From positions 1-44,561 of IMG/VR virus record IMGVR_UViG_3300049043_000052: a stretch of DNA of 44,561 nt; one strand, written 5' to 3'. Every line of letters begins with the position of its first letter. Position 1 is the stretch's first letter. This stretch comes from a virus (taxonomy: Duplodnaviria; Caudoviricetes). The notes under the pieces are model-generated. The model ran no database searches, had not been told where the DNA came from, and was given only the letters and a program-made list of their open reading frames with translations. The translations under genes were made by a program, and so were the position numbers. Shown piece by piece: positions 11,083 through 22,343 of the stretch.

Positions 11083-12565
11083 AGATAATCATCTGGCGAA
11101 GGACGATCGTGGACGTGTTCCAGCGCCATGTAGCAGTAGTCGATGCGGCGTCGCGGGCCATCGGTGAAGCTGACGCTGAACGCCGTGTCGCCAACGAGCG
11201 CCTGGCGCCGTTCGGGTAGAGCATCGTGGTCCAGCCCTGTCCATGCCGAGCGCCAGGATGTCGAAGCGGAGCCCAGCGGCCCGTGGCGTCCTTCTGCGAT
11301 GTACAGCGCGTCCTGCTGGTAGACGTACTTGGTGCCGGTCGTGAACGTCTCCGTCGCCGGCACCGTAGGTCATCGTCGCCCAGGTGTTGCCCGCGATGTC
11401 GTACGCGGTGAAGCGCAGCGGTTGCGCCGCCCTGGAAGCTGTAGATGTAGCGGCCGTTCTGGATGGCCGACTCGTTCGTCCAGTCGCTCGTTGTGCAGCC
11501 GTGAGACCCAGTGGCCGCCAGCGCCTGCGCCAGGAGCCGCAGCACGCGCCACGCCGGGCGTCAGCGTGCTCCAGGTGTTGCCGCTGATGCTGTAGCGGTA
11601 CAGGGTGACGGCGTTGTTGCCGAGCGTCGTAGATGAAGTCGTCGTTGCCCGTCCAGATCTGGTAGACGCTGGTCGGCGTCCGGGGTTCGTCGTCCAGGTC
11701 GCTAGACACCGTGATCAGCGTGTCGGCGGTATTGGCCGTGATCGGTGCGGATCTGGCCCGCGCCCGTTCCGGCTGACGATGCGCACCTGTCGAGTTCGAC
11801 CCACTGTGTAGCCGTCCAGGCCTTGCCGGTCTGTTCGTCAGCGTCGTCGACTGCCGCTCGTCGCCGTGGCCGCTGCCCGATGGCGAGGACTGAACGCGCT
11901 GTCAATCGCAGGCTCGGCGTGGCGATCAACCGACCGTCCGTGCCCGAGCGTTGCCGGCAGGCCGGTGTTGACTCAGCGTGGTCCAGGTGTTCGTGGCGAA
12001 GTCGTACTTGCGTGAAGCTGCCCGCTGGCGAGTGTGCCGCGCGCCGACGACGTACCACACCGGGAGTGATCGAGACGGTACACCGTCGAGGCCGTGAACG
12101 CAGAGGCCTGCGTAGGGACCGGTGATGGTGGCGGTCGCGCCGATTGTGTTGCTGCTGATCGTCAGCGTGACGCCGGCGTTGGGGCCGCTCACGATGTGGA
12201 TGCTGTAGCCGCGCAGGTCGCGGGCGAGCGTCTGGTTCGTGGCGATCGTTGAGGTCGCTGCCGCCCGTCGCGGTCAGCGTCGAGGCCGCCGTCGTGGTGC
12301 CAGTGGACATGGCACCGGAGCAGCCAGCTTGCGCCGGCAGCCGAGCGAACCGGCGAGGGCTCGGCGAAGGCACCTGCACCCAGCCGTCTTCCTGCGGCAG
12401 GTACAGGTACGCCTCGGTCGTGCCGCGAACGTACAACTGCTGCTGCCGGAAGTGCCGACTGCCCTCGATGAACGAGCGCTGCGACGGTCGCCGCGCGGCC
12501 AGGGGCGTGACCTGTTCCCATCGCTTGAGGTCGAGGATCTGGCGGTTGAAGTTCGTCGTCGGCAT
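11081..12565 (-). CDS. Kelch-like beta-propeller virion protein; heavily frameshifted
   Basis: MPTTNFNRQILDLKRWE start. Repeated blade-end motifs KYDFATNTWT, YRYSISGNTWS, YDIAGNTWA, RFDIL. GRYIYSFQGG. Ends VLRQMII*. Confidence 0.7.
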
Positions 12566-12573
12566 AGGTCAGG

Positions 12574-13046
12574 TCACCGAGATGCTTCCGCCTGGAGGTG
12601 CGTCGGCGCGCAGTCGTCATCAGCGCGGGGATCTGGTCGTTGGCTTGCGATGCCGCCGATCTGCGACTGGTTGGTCAGCGTGCTGCACGTGGTCACGGTC
12701 GTGACCGTGCCCGACGCGATCGTTGCGGTGGTCTGAAGGCTGGCCGCCGTGGCTTGGATGACCTCGGCGCGCAAGCGGCCCGTCGTCGGGTCTACCGTAA
12801 TCAATCCGACGCTGCGAGTCAGGGCCTGAATGGCCATGCGCAGCGCGGACAGATGCTCGATGAGTTCGCCACTCGGCAGCACAGGCAGCGGGTTCGCTGT
12901 GCTGACATCAGTGGCAAGCTTCGCATCGTCTGCGCCGCTTGTGGTGGCTAGCTGGATCGTCTGAATCTGCGCGGTCTGCCCCAGCACGACTTCTTCGCGT
13001 CGCCATCCGTCCGCCGGCGCCCGCGTGTCCTGACGCTATCGGCCAT
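12574..13046 (-). CDS. Hypothetical structural (fibre/adaptor-like) protein
   Basis: DVSTANPLPV motif and Thr-rich C-terminus SGTVTTVTTCSTLTNQSQIGG; lies between fibre and propeller genes. Confidence 0.6.
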
Positions 13047-13048
13047 GG

Positions 13049-14223
13049 TTAGACGTACTGGAGGTAGATGTCGCCGTCAGCGCCACCAGTTGGCGATGCG
13101 GTGCCTTCGGAAACGTTGCGGTTGACTGCGGTGCCGAAGCCGAGGGCAGCGAACTCGGCAGCGCCTGCTGTACCCCTCAACAAGGTTTGCGCGTCTGCGA
13201 AGGCAAGTCATTTCCTGCCATGTAGTGCCACCGAGCCGCAAGCGATGATCTTCTGATCTGCCGTCGGCTGCTCTAGCTTGTCTGCGAGCGTGACTGCGCC
13301 TGCTGCAATCGTCGTGGTGTTGCTGCCAGCAGGAGCCGTAACATCTCCTGTGAGCGCGCTACGACGGATCGCTGATCCGCTGAACTCAATGCCGTTGCCA
13401 ACGCCAACTTCTTGAGGTTCTCCAGTCGATCCAGCATGACGCCCAATCAGGTTTTGGCTGGCGATGTGCTGCATCTTGGCAAACGTCACGGCGTTCGACG
13501 CGATCGTCGCCGCAAAGCTGCCCGTCCCGCTGCCGGTAACGTCGCCGGTCAGCGTTGATCGTCTGGTCGCCAGTGTTGGTGCCGCTCGACGTTCCCGAGA
13601 AGGTGCCGCTCTGCGTAGCCAGCGTGCCGAGTCCCAGCGTCGTCCGCTGCGCAGCGGCGTCTACGTCGTCGAGCAGGTCGCGGCCTGCTGCCGTACAGGT
13701 GATCTCCTGGATGTCGCCAGCGCCGGCCGAGCTACGCCCAAGGACGCGATCCGTCGCGCTGACGTTCTGGATCTTGGCGTAGGTCACCGCGGCGTTGTCG
13801 ATCGTCCACGTTCCTCCGCTTACAGTGATGTCGCCTTTGTCACCGTTTCCAATGCCAGAGACGATGACATCCCAGTGCGTAGTCCACGATCCGCCAACTC
13901 CAGGCTCGCTACTTGGACCGCTGGTGTGGTCAGAGATGCAGACGTAGGCTGACCCGTCGTTCTCGACTACTTGACCTCTGTAGTAGTCCGTCACGACCAA
14001 GCTCCTTGGTACTGCGAGATGAACACGGCGACCGGAGGCGTTGTCCCCCAGGCCCAGCCCACTGAAGATTCCCGCCGGTGGGCGTCCCAGTGTTGCCACC
14101 AGTTGAGATTTCGTCTCGGCGTGCAAACCCAAGACGCAGCACCTCACGGCGCAGCACTTCGCCAGCAACGGGGATGTTCCGTGGCTGGTCGCGCTCTCCG
14201 CCGCGTCTGCTGCTTTCGGCCAT
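13049..14223 (-). CDS. Tail/head fibre-like protein with CBM5/12-like module; frameshifted
   Basis: YYRGQVVENDGSAYVCISDHTS (chitin-binding-like). Repeated fibre motifs GDKGDITV, NAAVTYAKIQ, NAVTFAKMQ, LTGDVT, AAQRTTLGLG. Ends PTGGADGDIYLQYV*. Confidence 0.7.
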
Positions 14224-14265
14224 TACCAGAAAGCGATAGCGGTGGTGCCGGTCGTCGGGATGACC

Positions 14266-14731
14266 TTACGAGCCTTGACGGGCAACCACAGTGCCTGCGC
14301 TGCGCCCGTGCTGATGGTCAACTGAGAACCACCCGGCGTACCAGTGGTGGCCTGGGCTTACATCAACGTCCACGCTGACCGTTGTGCTGGGACCGATGCA
14401 GATGGCGTTGCAAGGAGTCGGGAATTCCAACACAAACGTGTTGCCAGCCGCTGGGGCGGCAGTCAGAGCCGTCGCAAGAACAACGTTGGTGGTGTTGTCA
14501 GTTGCGATGACAGCCGTCTGACCAGCAGCAGGCCCATCGAAGGAACCTGATGCGCAGGCCAACCGTGTTTGTCACCGTGGTCTTGCCGGTGATGTTGATG
14601 GTCGTCGTGGTAGAGCTTGCGGCAACCGTCCCATGGTAAGGGGTTGTAGCGGCATGGACCACGTTGAACGGATGCGCAAGGCCATGCACATGCACGGCAA
14701 CTGGATCAATCGAGACGAGTGGGGCGACCAT
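14266..14731 (-). CDS. Hypothetical beta-rich structural protein; frameshifted
   Basis: Thr-rich. Contains the module GPAAGQTAVIATDNTTNVVLATALTAAPAAGNTFVL. Confidence 0.55.
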
Positions 14732-14749
14732 GTGGTTCCTGTTTGGGCG

Positions 14750-16437
14750 TCAGAGTTCGGTAGAAGCCGGGCTGTTGTAGCCGCTGAACATGTTCATCAC
14801 ATCGGTCAGCGCACTGGGTTCCGTGGTCTTGGCGGCGGCCAAGTTCTTTGCGGTCATCGACGACTGCTGCATGACCGCCGCTTGTTCGCGCGCAGCCATC
14901 GCCTTGTTGCGGGCAGCGCGTAGGGCCTCCGCCTTTTCAGTGGCGACGATGATGTTCGGATCGACACCAAGCATGTCCGCATAGCGATCGACGAGGATGT
15001 CGGCGTTGATCTTGTCGAGGACTTCAGGCCGCATCTGCGCGACCGCACCCACGTTGCCAAGGAAGCGATCGACCGACGAGCTACCGACAGCGCGCTGCGC
15101 TTGGGCCAGCACCGACACGAACTCGACGCCTAGCTCTGCGCCGCCAAGTTCTTCCGGCGGCGGCGGGATCAAACCCTGCTCCAGCATGGCGTCGAACGTC
15201 AGATCGATCAGCGGCTCCAGCAGTTCGTTCTGCAACTGCTCCATGACCGGGCCAAGCATCAGCAGCTTCTCTTCGTGCCGCTCTTGGATCTCGCGCGCGG
15301 TCATGTTGCTGCGCAGATCGTTCTGCATCATCAAGAACAGGTCTTCGTAGAACGACCGGCTGATGCGCCCGCGAACGTCTTGGATGTCGTTCAGCAGGTA
15401 TTGCAGGTTGAGGTTCGTCTCGAAAGCCGTCCTGATCCGTCCTGCTGCGGAGCATCGTGGAAGGTCACGCCGCCCGGCAGCATGTTGACGGCACGGCCCT
15501 GCATGCTGGTGGGAGCTTGCAGCGGCGGTTGCGTCTGGATCGATGCCCTGGGCCTTGCGTAGCTGCTCGCGCCGAAGCTGCCCGATGTTGCGGCAGTGCC
15601 TCCATGCCTGGGCTGTTGCCGTAGACATCGTTGGCCGTGACGGACCAGCGCGGGGCCAGGACCGGGAACTTGTTGAATCCCGATTCGCGCAGCACCACCG
15701 GCTCGTTGTTCGCCTGCTCGTAGTAGACCGAGCGGGAAGGCATGTTCATCTTGTCGGCCTTGCTCGCGTCGCGGTCGTAGCGCGGCTCGATGCAATGCAC
15801 GATGGTGATGCCAGCTTCAAGCGTGCCACGGTCGTACAGCGTCTTGACCGAGTTGGAACAGTTCTCGAACCCGAACTCGCGGACGACCTGAGACGGTCAT
15901 CTCAACTCGCGGTAGAAGACGTTGACCTTGCCCTGCGGGTCTTGCGCGACCGTACTCGCCAGCCGTGATTGGGTAGAGGTGAATCGTCTTCTCTTGGTCC
16001 GGCAGCAGGATCGCCACGCCGGTCCCGAGGAACCCAGGTCCGGTACATCGAATGCAGCGCGCGGTAGGTGTTCGACCGCTGGAATACGCGCATCATTCGC
16101 TGTTGGACATCCTCAAGCCACAGCTTGACCGGATGGTAGTTGTTGAGGTCCGGGTCAGGCGCGGCGAGTCGGAACCACGGTCGGGCAGGCGAAGTCGGCA
16201 CCGGCCATCAGGCCGGAGTTGAGCGTTCGCAGCGCGCGCGTCGCCGTGTTGCTCGGTAGACGATCTGGTTTGCCGCTTGTTGCCCTTGTTGCGGTCGCTG
16301 GTGTAGTAGCGACCCGACCACGGCAGCAGGTACTCAGTGATTTCGCGCCAGTGCGTGTCCCATGACGTACGCTCCGTCTTGAGGGCGGTGTGCCGCTCTT
16401 GCAGTCGCTGGCGAAGCGTGCGCTTGTCCATGGTCAC
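14750..16437 (-). CDS. Portal / head-tail connector (T7 gp8-like); frameshifted
   Basis: LKTERTSWDTHWREITEYLLP, SPARPWFRL, ESGFNKFPVLAPRWSV...YGNSPGM, TAREIQERHEEKLLMLGPV, EFVSVLAQAQR. Confidence 0.95.
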
Positions 16438-16772
16438 TCACCCAGCAGCTTGTTCTTGCCGATGCGGTCCATCTGGTCACCGATGCGGGTGTTGCCGGTC
16501 AGGAGCGAGCTAGCGGCACCACGGCCTTGCGCGCCCTGTTCGCCGGTCAGCAGTGCGGCGGGACATCTGGCGTCTTGCCTTCCATGCGCTTGCGTTCCCA
16601 TGGACACCTGTTCGCGCTCGGAGACAGCCATTCGGGTGGCTTCGTCTTGTGCGGCGTTCTGCGCGCGCAGGGCCTTGCGTTGGCTCCTCTTGCCCTGCTC
16701 GGCTGAGTAGACAGTTGCGCCGGCTTGCGCCAGCAAAGCGGCCCCGATGACGATGGTACTTGCAGCGGGCAT
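16434..16772 (-). CDS. Small virion protein preceding portal (T7 gp7.3-like position)
   Basis: Hydrophobic Ala/Gly N-terminus, SSLLTG, and C-terminal KLLGE, typical of pre-portal proteins in this phage group. Confidence 0.65.
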   Translation of the reverse strand: MPAASTIVIGAALLAQAGATVYSAEQGKRSQRKALRAQNAAQDEATRMAVSEREQVSMGTQAHGRQDARCPAALLTGEQGAQGRGAASSLLTGNTRIGDQMDRIGKNKLLGE

Positions 16773-16774
16773 GG

Positions 16775-17212
16775 TTACCTGACGTAGGAGTCTTCGATCT
16801 TGTGATACCCCAGCTTTTCATACAGCGGGCCGACGCGGCGGCTGAGGTCTGGGATGCTGCTGACTACGGTCTTGGCTGCGCCCATCTTGTCGCCCCATGC
16901 CTCAAACTCTCGGAGCATCCGAACGGCGTTGGTGCCGGTGCGGTGATCTGGGTGCATGTACCAAGCCATCTCGGCAGCGACGACGATGTTGGGCGCGCAC
17001 CAGAGCGGGGTCAGCATCCCCGCCAGCATGCCAACGATCTTCCCGTCGCCGTTCTCGGCAACGATGATGACGCCCATCTCGATCAGGTTGCTGAGAGCCT
17101 GTCGCACGGAACTTCGGGCACGGCAACGCCCTTACAGATCGGGTGAACATCCACGAACCCTTTTGCAAGGGCTGTGAGTTCCACCACATCGTCATGGGTT
17201 GCGTACCGCATT
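16775..17212 (-). CDS. GNAT-family acetyltransferase; frameshifted near 17107
   Basis: IVAENGDGKIVGMLAG...AAEMAWYMHPDHRTG...FEAWG...LYEKLGY. Confidence 0.8.
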
Positions 17213-17254
17213 CCGCATGACCATGCTGACTGCGGCGGAAACGGACGCAACCCG

Positions 17255-19249
17255 CTACCGCGGTATCCATCCGCAGGATGTCGTACGGGTTGTACTCGGC
17301 GTTCTGCCGGACGTTGTTGCGCCAGTCTTCCAGCAGGGTGTGGGTTTTCGCGCTACTCATCAGGGCCAGGACTATGGCGGTGCCGAAGTCTGGGGATCTG
17401 CCGATCTTCTCAACGATCTCCTCGCGGGACGCAACGGCGATGGTGGTGCTGACGGCCTTCCAGGTTGGGGCGGCCAGATCGGCCAGTACGCGCGGGTCGG
17501 GCGGCAGGCAAATGCCGGCGTTGTTGAGCGGATCTAGGGCTTCCCGCATCCGCCACCACAGTTCCGATCGAAGGTTCTTGAAGGAGATCCTGCCGGACTT
17601 GTCCGTCCCGCGCGCGGCTTCGGAGACGTTGACGCCGATGGTCTGGTGCCCCATCTCCCGCAGGAAGTCGTACGGACTCGACCCGACGCCGATCACGTCG
17701 ATGTGGATTGGTGCCTGATCCCTCTTGGCCGCCATCACCAGGGCCGCCACCGTCTGGCCGTCTGGCGTTTGCGTACCAGGGTAAACCAGTGGCTGGTTGA
17801 ACCACATCCCATGCCGGCGGGCGATGATGGTCTGATCTCTGCCGCCACGGGCAACGTCCACGCCCAGGCTGTCCATGGGGGCCAGCTTGTCCGGCATCTT
17901 CCAGCGGTTCTGGGCGGCCTCGAATCCACGCCGTGGGGATGACCTGGAACGGATCGTCCTCCATGCCGGCGCTGAAGTCGCCATGCAGCATCTGGCTGCG
18001 TAGAGGCTCTGGCAGGCTCTGTAGCTGCGCCATGTAGCCTGTCCCTAGCAGGTAGGGGTTGTCCGAGATCCGGCTGGGGACGAACGTCCTGGACTGCGGA
18101 GTAAATCTTCTCGCCGCCAGCCATGAACGGCTTGCCGCTCTCGACCTCGATCTCCTTGCCGTCCACCACCGCGAACCACCGCAGTTCGCCAGCCCGCGCC
18201 GGCTTTGGATACTTCTTGTTCAGCCACGGGCCAAAGTAGTCCACCACCCATCGGCCTTCTGCCGTGGTCGGCGGGTTGAACGTGAACAACGCCCGGCATC
18301 TCTGCTTCGGGTCTGTCGGTGCGCAACCAGCCCAGCAGGAACCGAACCGCCTCCATCCGCATGTTGCTGGCCTCGTCGAAGATCAGCAGGTCATGCGGCC
18401 GACCCTGGTACTTCTTCTCTTCGCCAGGAGTCGGGAACGACCCGAACTCGATCTGCACCGGAGTCCCATCAGGACGCTGGAACCGCCAGATGTGGTCTTT
18501 GCCGTTGTAGCCGTCCCGCGTCTTCAGGATCTCCCCGATCCGGTCGATCACGCCCACCAACTCAGTTCCGTTCTGGCGAAAAATCCCACCTTCTGGTGCT
18601 GGGTCAGCGACAGCCCTACCGAAAGGTCGGTGTTGTGCGTCGGGATCATCGACTTCCCGGCAAGGTACTGCCTGGATGCGGAATCGACGGCGATGCAGCG
18701 TGTTGGGACGGACATCGATTTGTTCGCAGGAGACGATGTAGCGCGATCCGATCGAATGGTTGGCACGCTCCCCGTCCCGCACCGTCGCAGCGATTTCTTC
18801 TGTGCTGCGCATGGTGCCTTCTTGTTTCCGAGTGAACTGCGCTCGCTCTTGGGCAGAAAGCGTCACCCAACGATGCACATCATCGGCAACCAGTTCGCTG
18901 CCGTCGTCAAACGTCAGCCGGTAGCACTTGCGCATCGTTGGCTCAGTAACACCAACAACCAAGCACTGCGACCCATCAGCGGCGAACACCACATCGCCAA
19001 CACGCAGCGCGCCCATGGTGGTCCATCCGCTTGGTGTCGGGATCGGAGTATCCAGAGCCAGCCCCTTTCCTCCACCAGCAGCCCCGCCGTACCCCGTCAC
19101 ATCCGCAAGGCTCTCAAACGCCATCCGCTGCGGGCCGGGAAGAGGACGCCACAACGTAGTGTCCCCCGCAGCAGCTCGTCCAACTCACGCAGCTTCTCCG
19201 GCGAAAGCCGCTTGATCTGATCCTCAGTGATCTGAACCGAGACGCTCAT
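17255..19249 (-). CDS. terL: Terminase large subunit with intein; frameshifted
   Basis: WRPLPGPQ, Walker A YGGAAGGGK[intein]T, Walker B LLIFDEA, FTFNPP, nuclease LGVDVARGGRD, IHIDVIGVG, GRSPDFG. The 3' end is approximate. Confidence 0.95.
18632..19064 (-). mobile_element. Mini-intein (class 3 signature, no homing endonuclease) in the terminase P-loop
   Basis: Begins GLALDTPIPTPSGWTTMG. Block B ADDVHRW, block F TRCIAVDS, block G IPTHN followed by Thr+1. ~144 aa. Confidence 0.9.
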
Positions 19250-19615
19250 CTCGGTGATGGTACTTCAAACCAGCCTTCTCCGCTGCAACACGCCGAAGCT
19301 CCATCTGCTCCTGCGTGAACGACCGCAAAGCCTCCGCCGCGTCGTTGCTGGTCAACAACATCGACCAGCACTCCCGCGTCGTCAGGCCAGTCAGGATGGT
19401 TCTCGCCAGCCCCGATCACCGACCCATACTCCGACTCAGCCGACAACAGACGCCCCACCACACCACCAAAGGCGTCCAGCATCTTCGTCATCCACCCAGC
19501 ACGCTCCGCAGCACCCTCCGCGCTGTCCGGGTCCAAGTCCACCGCCTCAAGGTCAGTGGTCCGCAAACTCCACCATCAGCCCGTTCAACCGAGCCTCAAA
19601 CGCATCAATGTCCAT
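19246..19615 (-). CDS. Hypothetical acidic protein between terS and terL; frameshifted
   Basis: MDIDAFEARLNGLMVEF...; its stop overlaps the terL ATG. Confidence 0.5.
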
Positions 19616-20067
19616 CGTCAACTCCAGGTAAGTTCGGACGGGCCACCCCGCAACAAGCAAGATGACCCGCCCGGTCAGCTCAGATCGCCATGCCAGAGAA
19701 CTCGACATCCGACGACCTGCAACAATCCTACACCATCACCAAAAAAAAACTAGCACCCGGACCCTATCCCCCTTGACCCTCTTGACACGCAGGGGTAGAG
19801 GCGTACCCACCTCTCCAGCAAGTACTACGTTCCCTGCTAGAAAGGATCCGCGAAGGGCCAAGCAGCACTACTTCCACACGGAAGCAACCCCGAGGCCCAC
19901 TCAAGCAGCTTAGACGACCTGTCTCCACTGGTTGCAAGCAGCTTTGCCGAAAGATTCTGGCCAAACTGCCCTTGGGAAGGAGGGGGTCAAGAGCGAGCGA
20001 GCGACGCTCGAAGGGAGTACCCTGGGGCGACGCTGCAACGGCGCACGCAACGTAACGGCCTGTAACG

Positions 20068-20565
20068 CTAGCTGGCGTCGTCGCCCACGGCATCGGGCGA
20101 CGGCAGGGCGGCGGGCGCGGGCGCATCGGGCAAGGCAGCGGGCGGCGCGGCGCTGGCCAGGATGGCGGCGATGCGGGCGGCGCGGTCGGCGTCGGTCACC
20201 ACGACTGGGGCCGATGCATCCCGCGCAAGGTCAGGCGGCTAGCGTCGCCGTACACGTCTGGCGACCACGCTCGCGCGATCCGGTGGCGCGCCTCGATCCG
20301 CATGCGGCGGCGCGCAACGTCGTCGGGGTCGTCGGCGTCGCGATCGTCCGCGATGGCGAGCGTCTCTTCGGCCAGACGATCGGCGGCGGCGGCGCGGGCT
20401 TCCCGCAGGGCGGCGGCGAACGCGGGGAGCGGCTGGCATGGCTCCTAATCCTCCCTCCGTCGGCATCCCCGGCCGTAACGCGATAGCCGACAGCGGCTTA
20501 CCCTCGCGCACCAGCGCAAGGATGGATTCTTCCAGATCCGGGGCGATCGGTAGCAACGGCGGCAT
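20068..20565 (-). CDS. terS: Terminase small subunit (Sf6/P22-like HTH type); frameshifted
   Basis: ILALVREGKPLSAIA..PGMP...FAAALREAR...ADRLAEETLAIADD...RRMRIEAR...WSPDVYGD. Confidence 0.8.
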
Positions 20566-21437
20566 GCCGCCGTAGGATGGCGGCGGGCGCGGGGGCGGAT
20601 GCACGCCGCCGGCTAGCTAGGAGTCTGCGTCACGGAACGCGCGCCGATCCGGCGCGTGGATTCGCGTCCGGGACGAAGCCGACGACCGCAGGCGAATCGG
20701 TGGATTCGCCGAGGATCGGCGGCGAGTCTCCGGGCGCGAAGGCGCGCGTCGGGCGGCGTGGCCTTTGCGTGGCGCAGACTCCTAGCTCCGCCACGCGACC
20801 GGGTAGAGACCTTCGATTTCCCACACCCGCAACCACTCGTCACCACGGCGCAGCGGGCCGAGCGCGGACAACGTAGCGCACCGGCCCGGTGCTGCGGGCG
20901 GCGCGGCGGGCGGCGGCCAGGGTGCGGTGGGACGAGGGACTCGTGTGCGGTCGCCGTAGAAGCCGGGAGCCGGCACGACAAAATAGCCAGTGGGGCGCAC
21001 TACGTCCGCCCCCGTCCGCGCGTGGCGGGCGTAGCGTTCGGCGGCGGCGACGTCGGCGGCGTCAAGCGCGGCGTCGTGCCACGGCGTCCGGCGGACCATC
21101 GCCACATACCGCGTCGGCTCGACCGGCAGCAGGATGAGCATCGCCAGCGCACGCCGCGCAAGCCGGGATGGTCGCCGGGCCGCCGGGGCCGTGCATTTCG
21201 TCGTCGAAATGCACCACGATCGCCACCGGCATCATTCTGGCACCTGCCGCCGAGAATCGTATCGGCCGCGCACGGCACGGCGCGCAAGCCGAATAGGCGG
21301 TGGCGGGGAATGCCGGCGACGCCGGCCCGTTCGTTCTCGTTCTGTCGCATCGTAGTCTCCTGCGCCCTGGTGAACCGTCCCGCCGGGCGCATCCGGCGGG
21401 GCGATGGCGAGCGTAGCGACTAGGCTCTAACGCGAGC

Positions 21438-21782
21438 CTAGAAACGCACCGTTCCGCGCTGGCCGCAACACCCGCACGGCAACCGCCCGCGCCATGCATC
21501 GCGCCGGGCGCTCCGGTAGTCCCCGTCGGTGTAGGGCCGTTGCGCATTGCAACGGGTGCAACGGCTCCAACGGAACGCCGCCGCATCCTTGAGCGGGTTC
21601 CAGCCGTCGCCGGGGACGTAGAACGCGCGGCACGCGTGGCACGCGCGTCCCGCTAGCTCCCCCTCTGCGTCAACGAATAGGGGGTACGCGCAGTCGCCCC
21701 GCGCAGTCTCCGCATCGTCGGCGCAGCAGTCGGCGCAGTAGATCGCCCCGTCGAAGGCGTAGCCGATTACGTCGCCGTGCAT
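21438..21782 (-). CDS. Cys-rich (Zn-binding) early hypothetical protein
   Basis: Four CxxC pairs (YCADC, CHAC, CTRC, CGCC) in 114 aa. Confidence 0.7.
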   Translation of the reverse strand: MHGDVIGYAFDGAIYCADCCADDAETARGDCAYPLFVDAEGELAGRACHACRAFYVPGDGWNPLKDAAAFRWSRCTRCNAQRPYTDGDYRSARRDAWRGRLPCGCCGQRGTVRF

Positions 21783-22117
21783 CAGAGCCTCTCCGCTCGC
21801 AAGGCGTCCGCGCCCGGTAGCCTAGGGCGCGCGACAAGTCGTCGACGCCTTCGTATCCGGCGCAGTACCCGCAACCGCAAAAGCGAACGGTTGCTTCGCC
21901 GTCCTTCCAAACGCACCCGTCCCGCGCGCCGCGCCGACGTAATGCGTAGCGCCCGCGACGGTCCCTTCCGGCGTCACGACATAGAAGCGAAGCCAGCGGG
22001 CCATGCCGGACTCGCTACGGTGCACCGTCCGCCAGTAGACTACGGAACCGGGCCGGATGGCGTCGCGCGCGCGGGCCAGACGTGTCGAGCGCTTCCGTTT
22101 TCGGTCAGTTTAGCCAT
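21779..22117 (-). CDS. Early hypothetical protein; frameshifted
   Basis: IRPGSVVY..VHRSESGMARWLRFYV...CGCG, resembling a widespread phage early-protein family of unknown function. Confidence 0.55.
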
Positions 22118-22343
22118 GTTCATCCCCCTGCCGCAGCACGGCCACGGGGTCCGCCCCCGTCACGGCCACGATCGCCGCGACCGTGGACACAAGCGGACAA
22201 TCGGTCCCGCTTTCCGCCCGCAGCACGGCATGCCGCGAAAGGCCAGCGGCATCGGCCACCGCTTCTTGCGACATGCCCGGCAATTGCGCGCGCGGCCTTG
22301 AAGTCGCGCCGAGTCGGCGCAAGTCGTAGTCGAAGGCTTTCAT
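22110..22343 (-). CDS. XRE-family HTH regulator; frameshifted
   Basis: AARAIAGMSQEAVADAAGLSRHAVLRAESG..CPLVSTVAAIV. Confidence 0.8.
   Translation of the reverse strand: MKAFDYDLRRLGATSRPRAQLPGMSQEAVADAAGLSRHAVLRAESGTDCPLVSTVAAIVAVTGADPVAVLRQGDEHG

Noticed and set aside
7262-16437. Diversity-generating retroelement, suggested by the BPP-1-like head genes
   Set aside because: No reverse transcriptase motifs and no ~100 bp TR/VR pair differing at adenines were seen.
16775-17212. GNAT as a toxin-antitoxin or anti-defence system
   Set aside because: A GNAT between terminase and portal is a common morphogenesis-associated gene in this phage group, and no antitoxin-like partner is adjacent.
20600-21430. 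Specific gene calls in the lower part of the early island
   Set aside because: Probably coding on the minus strand, but several open frames and indels prevent a supportable call.
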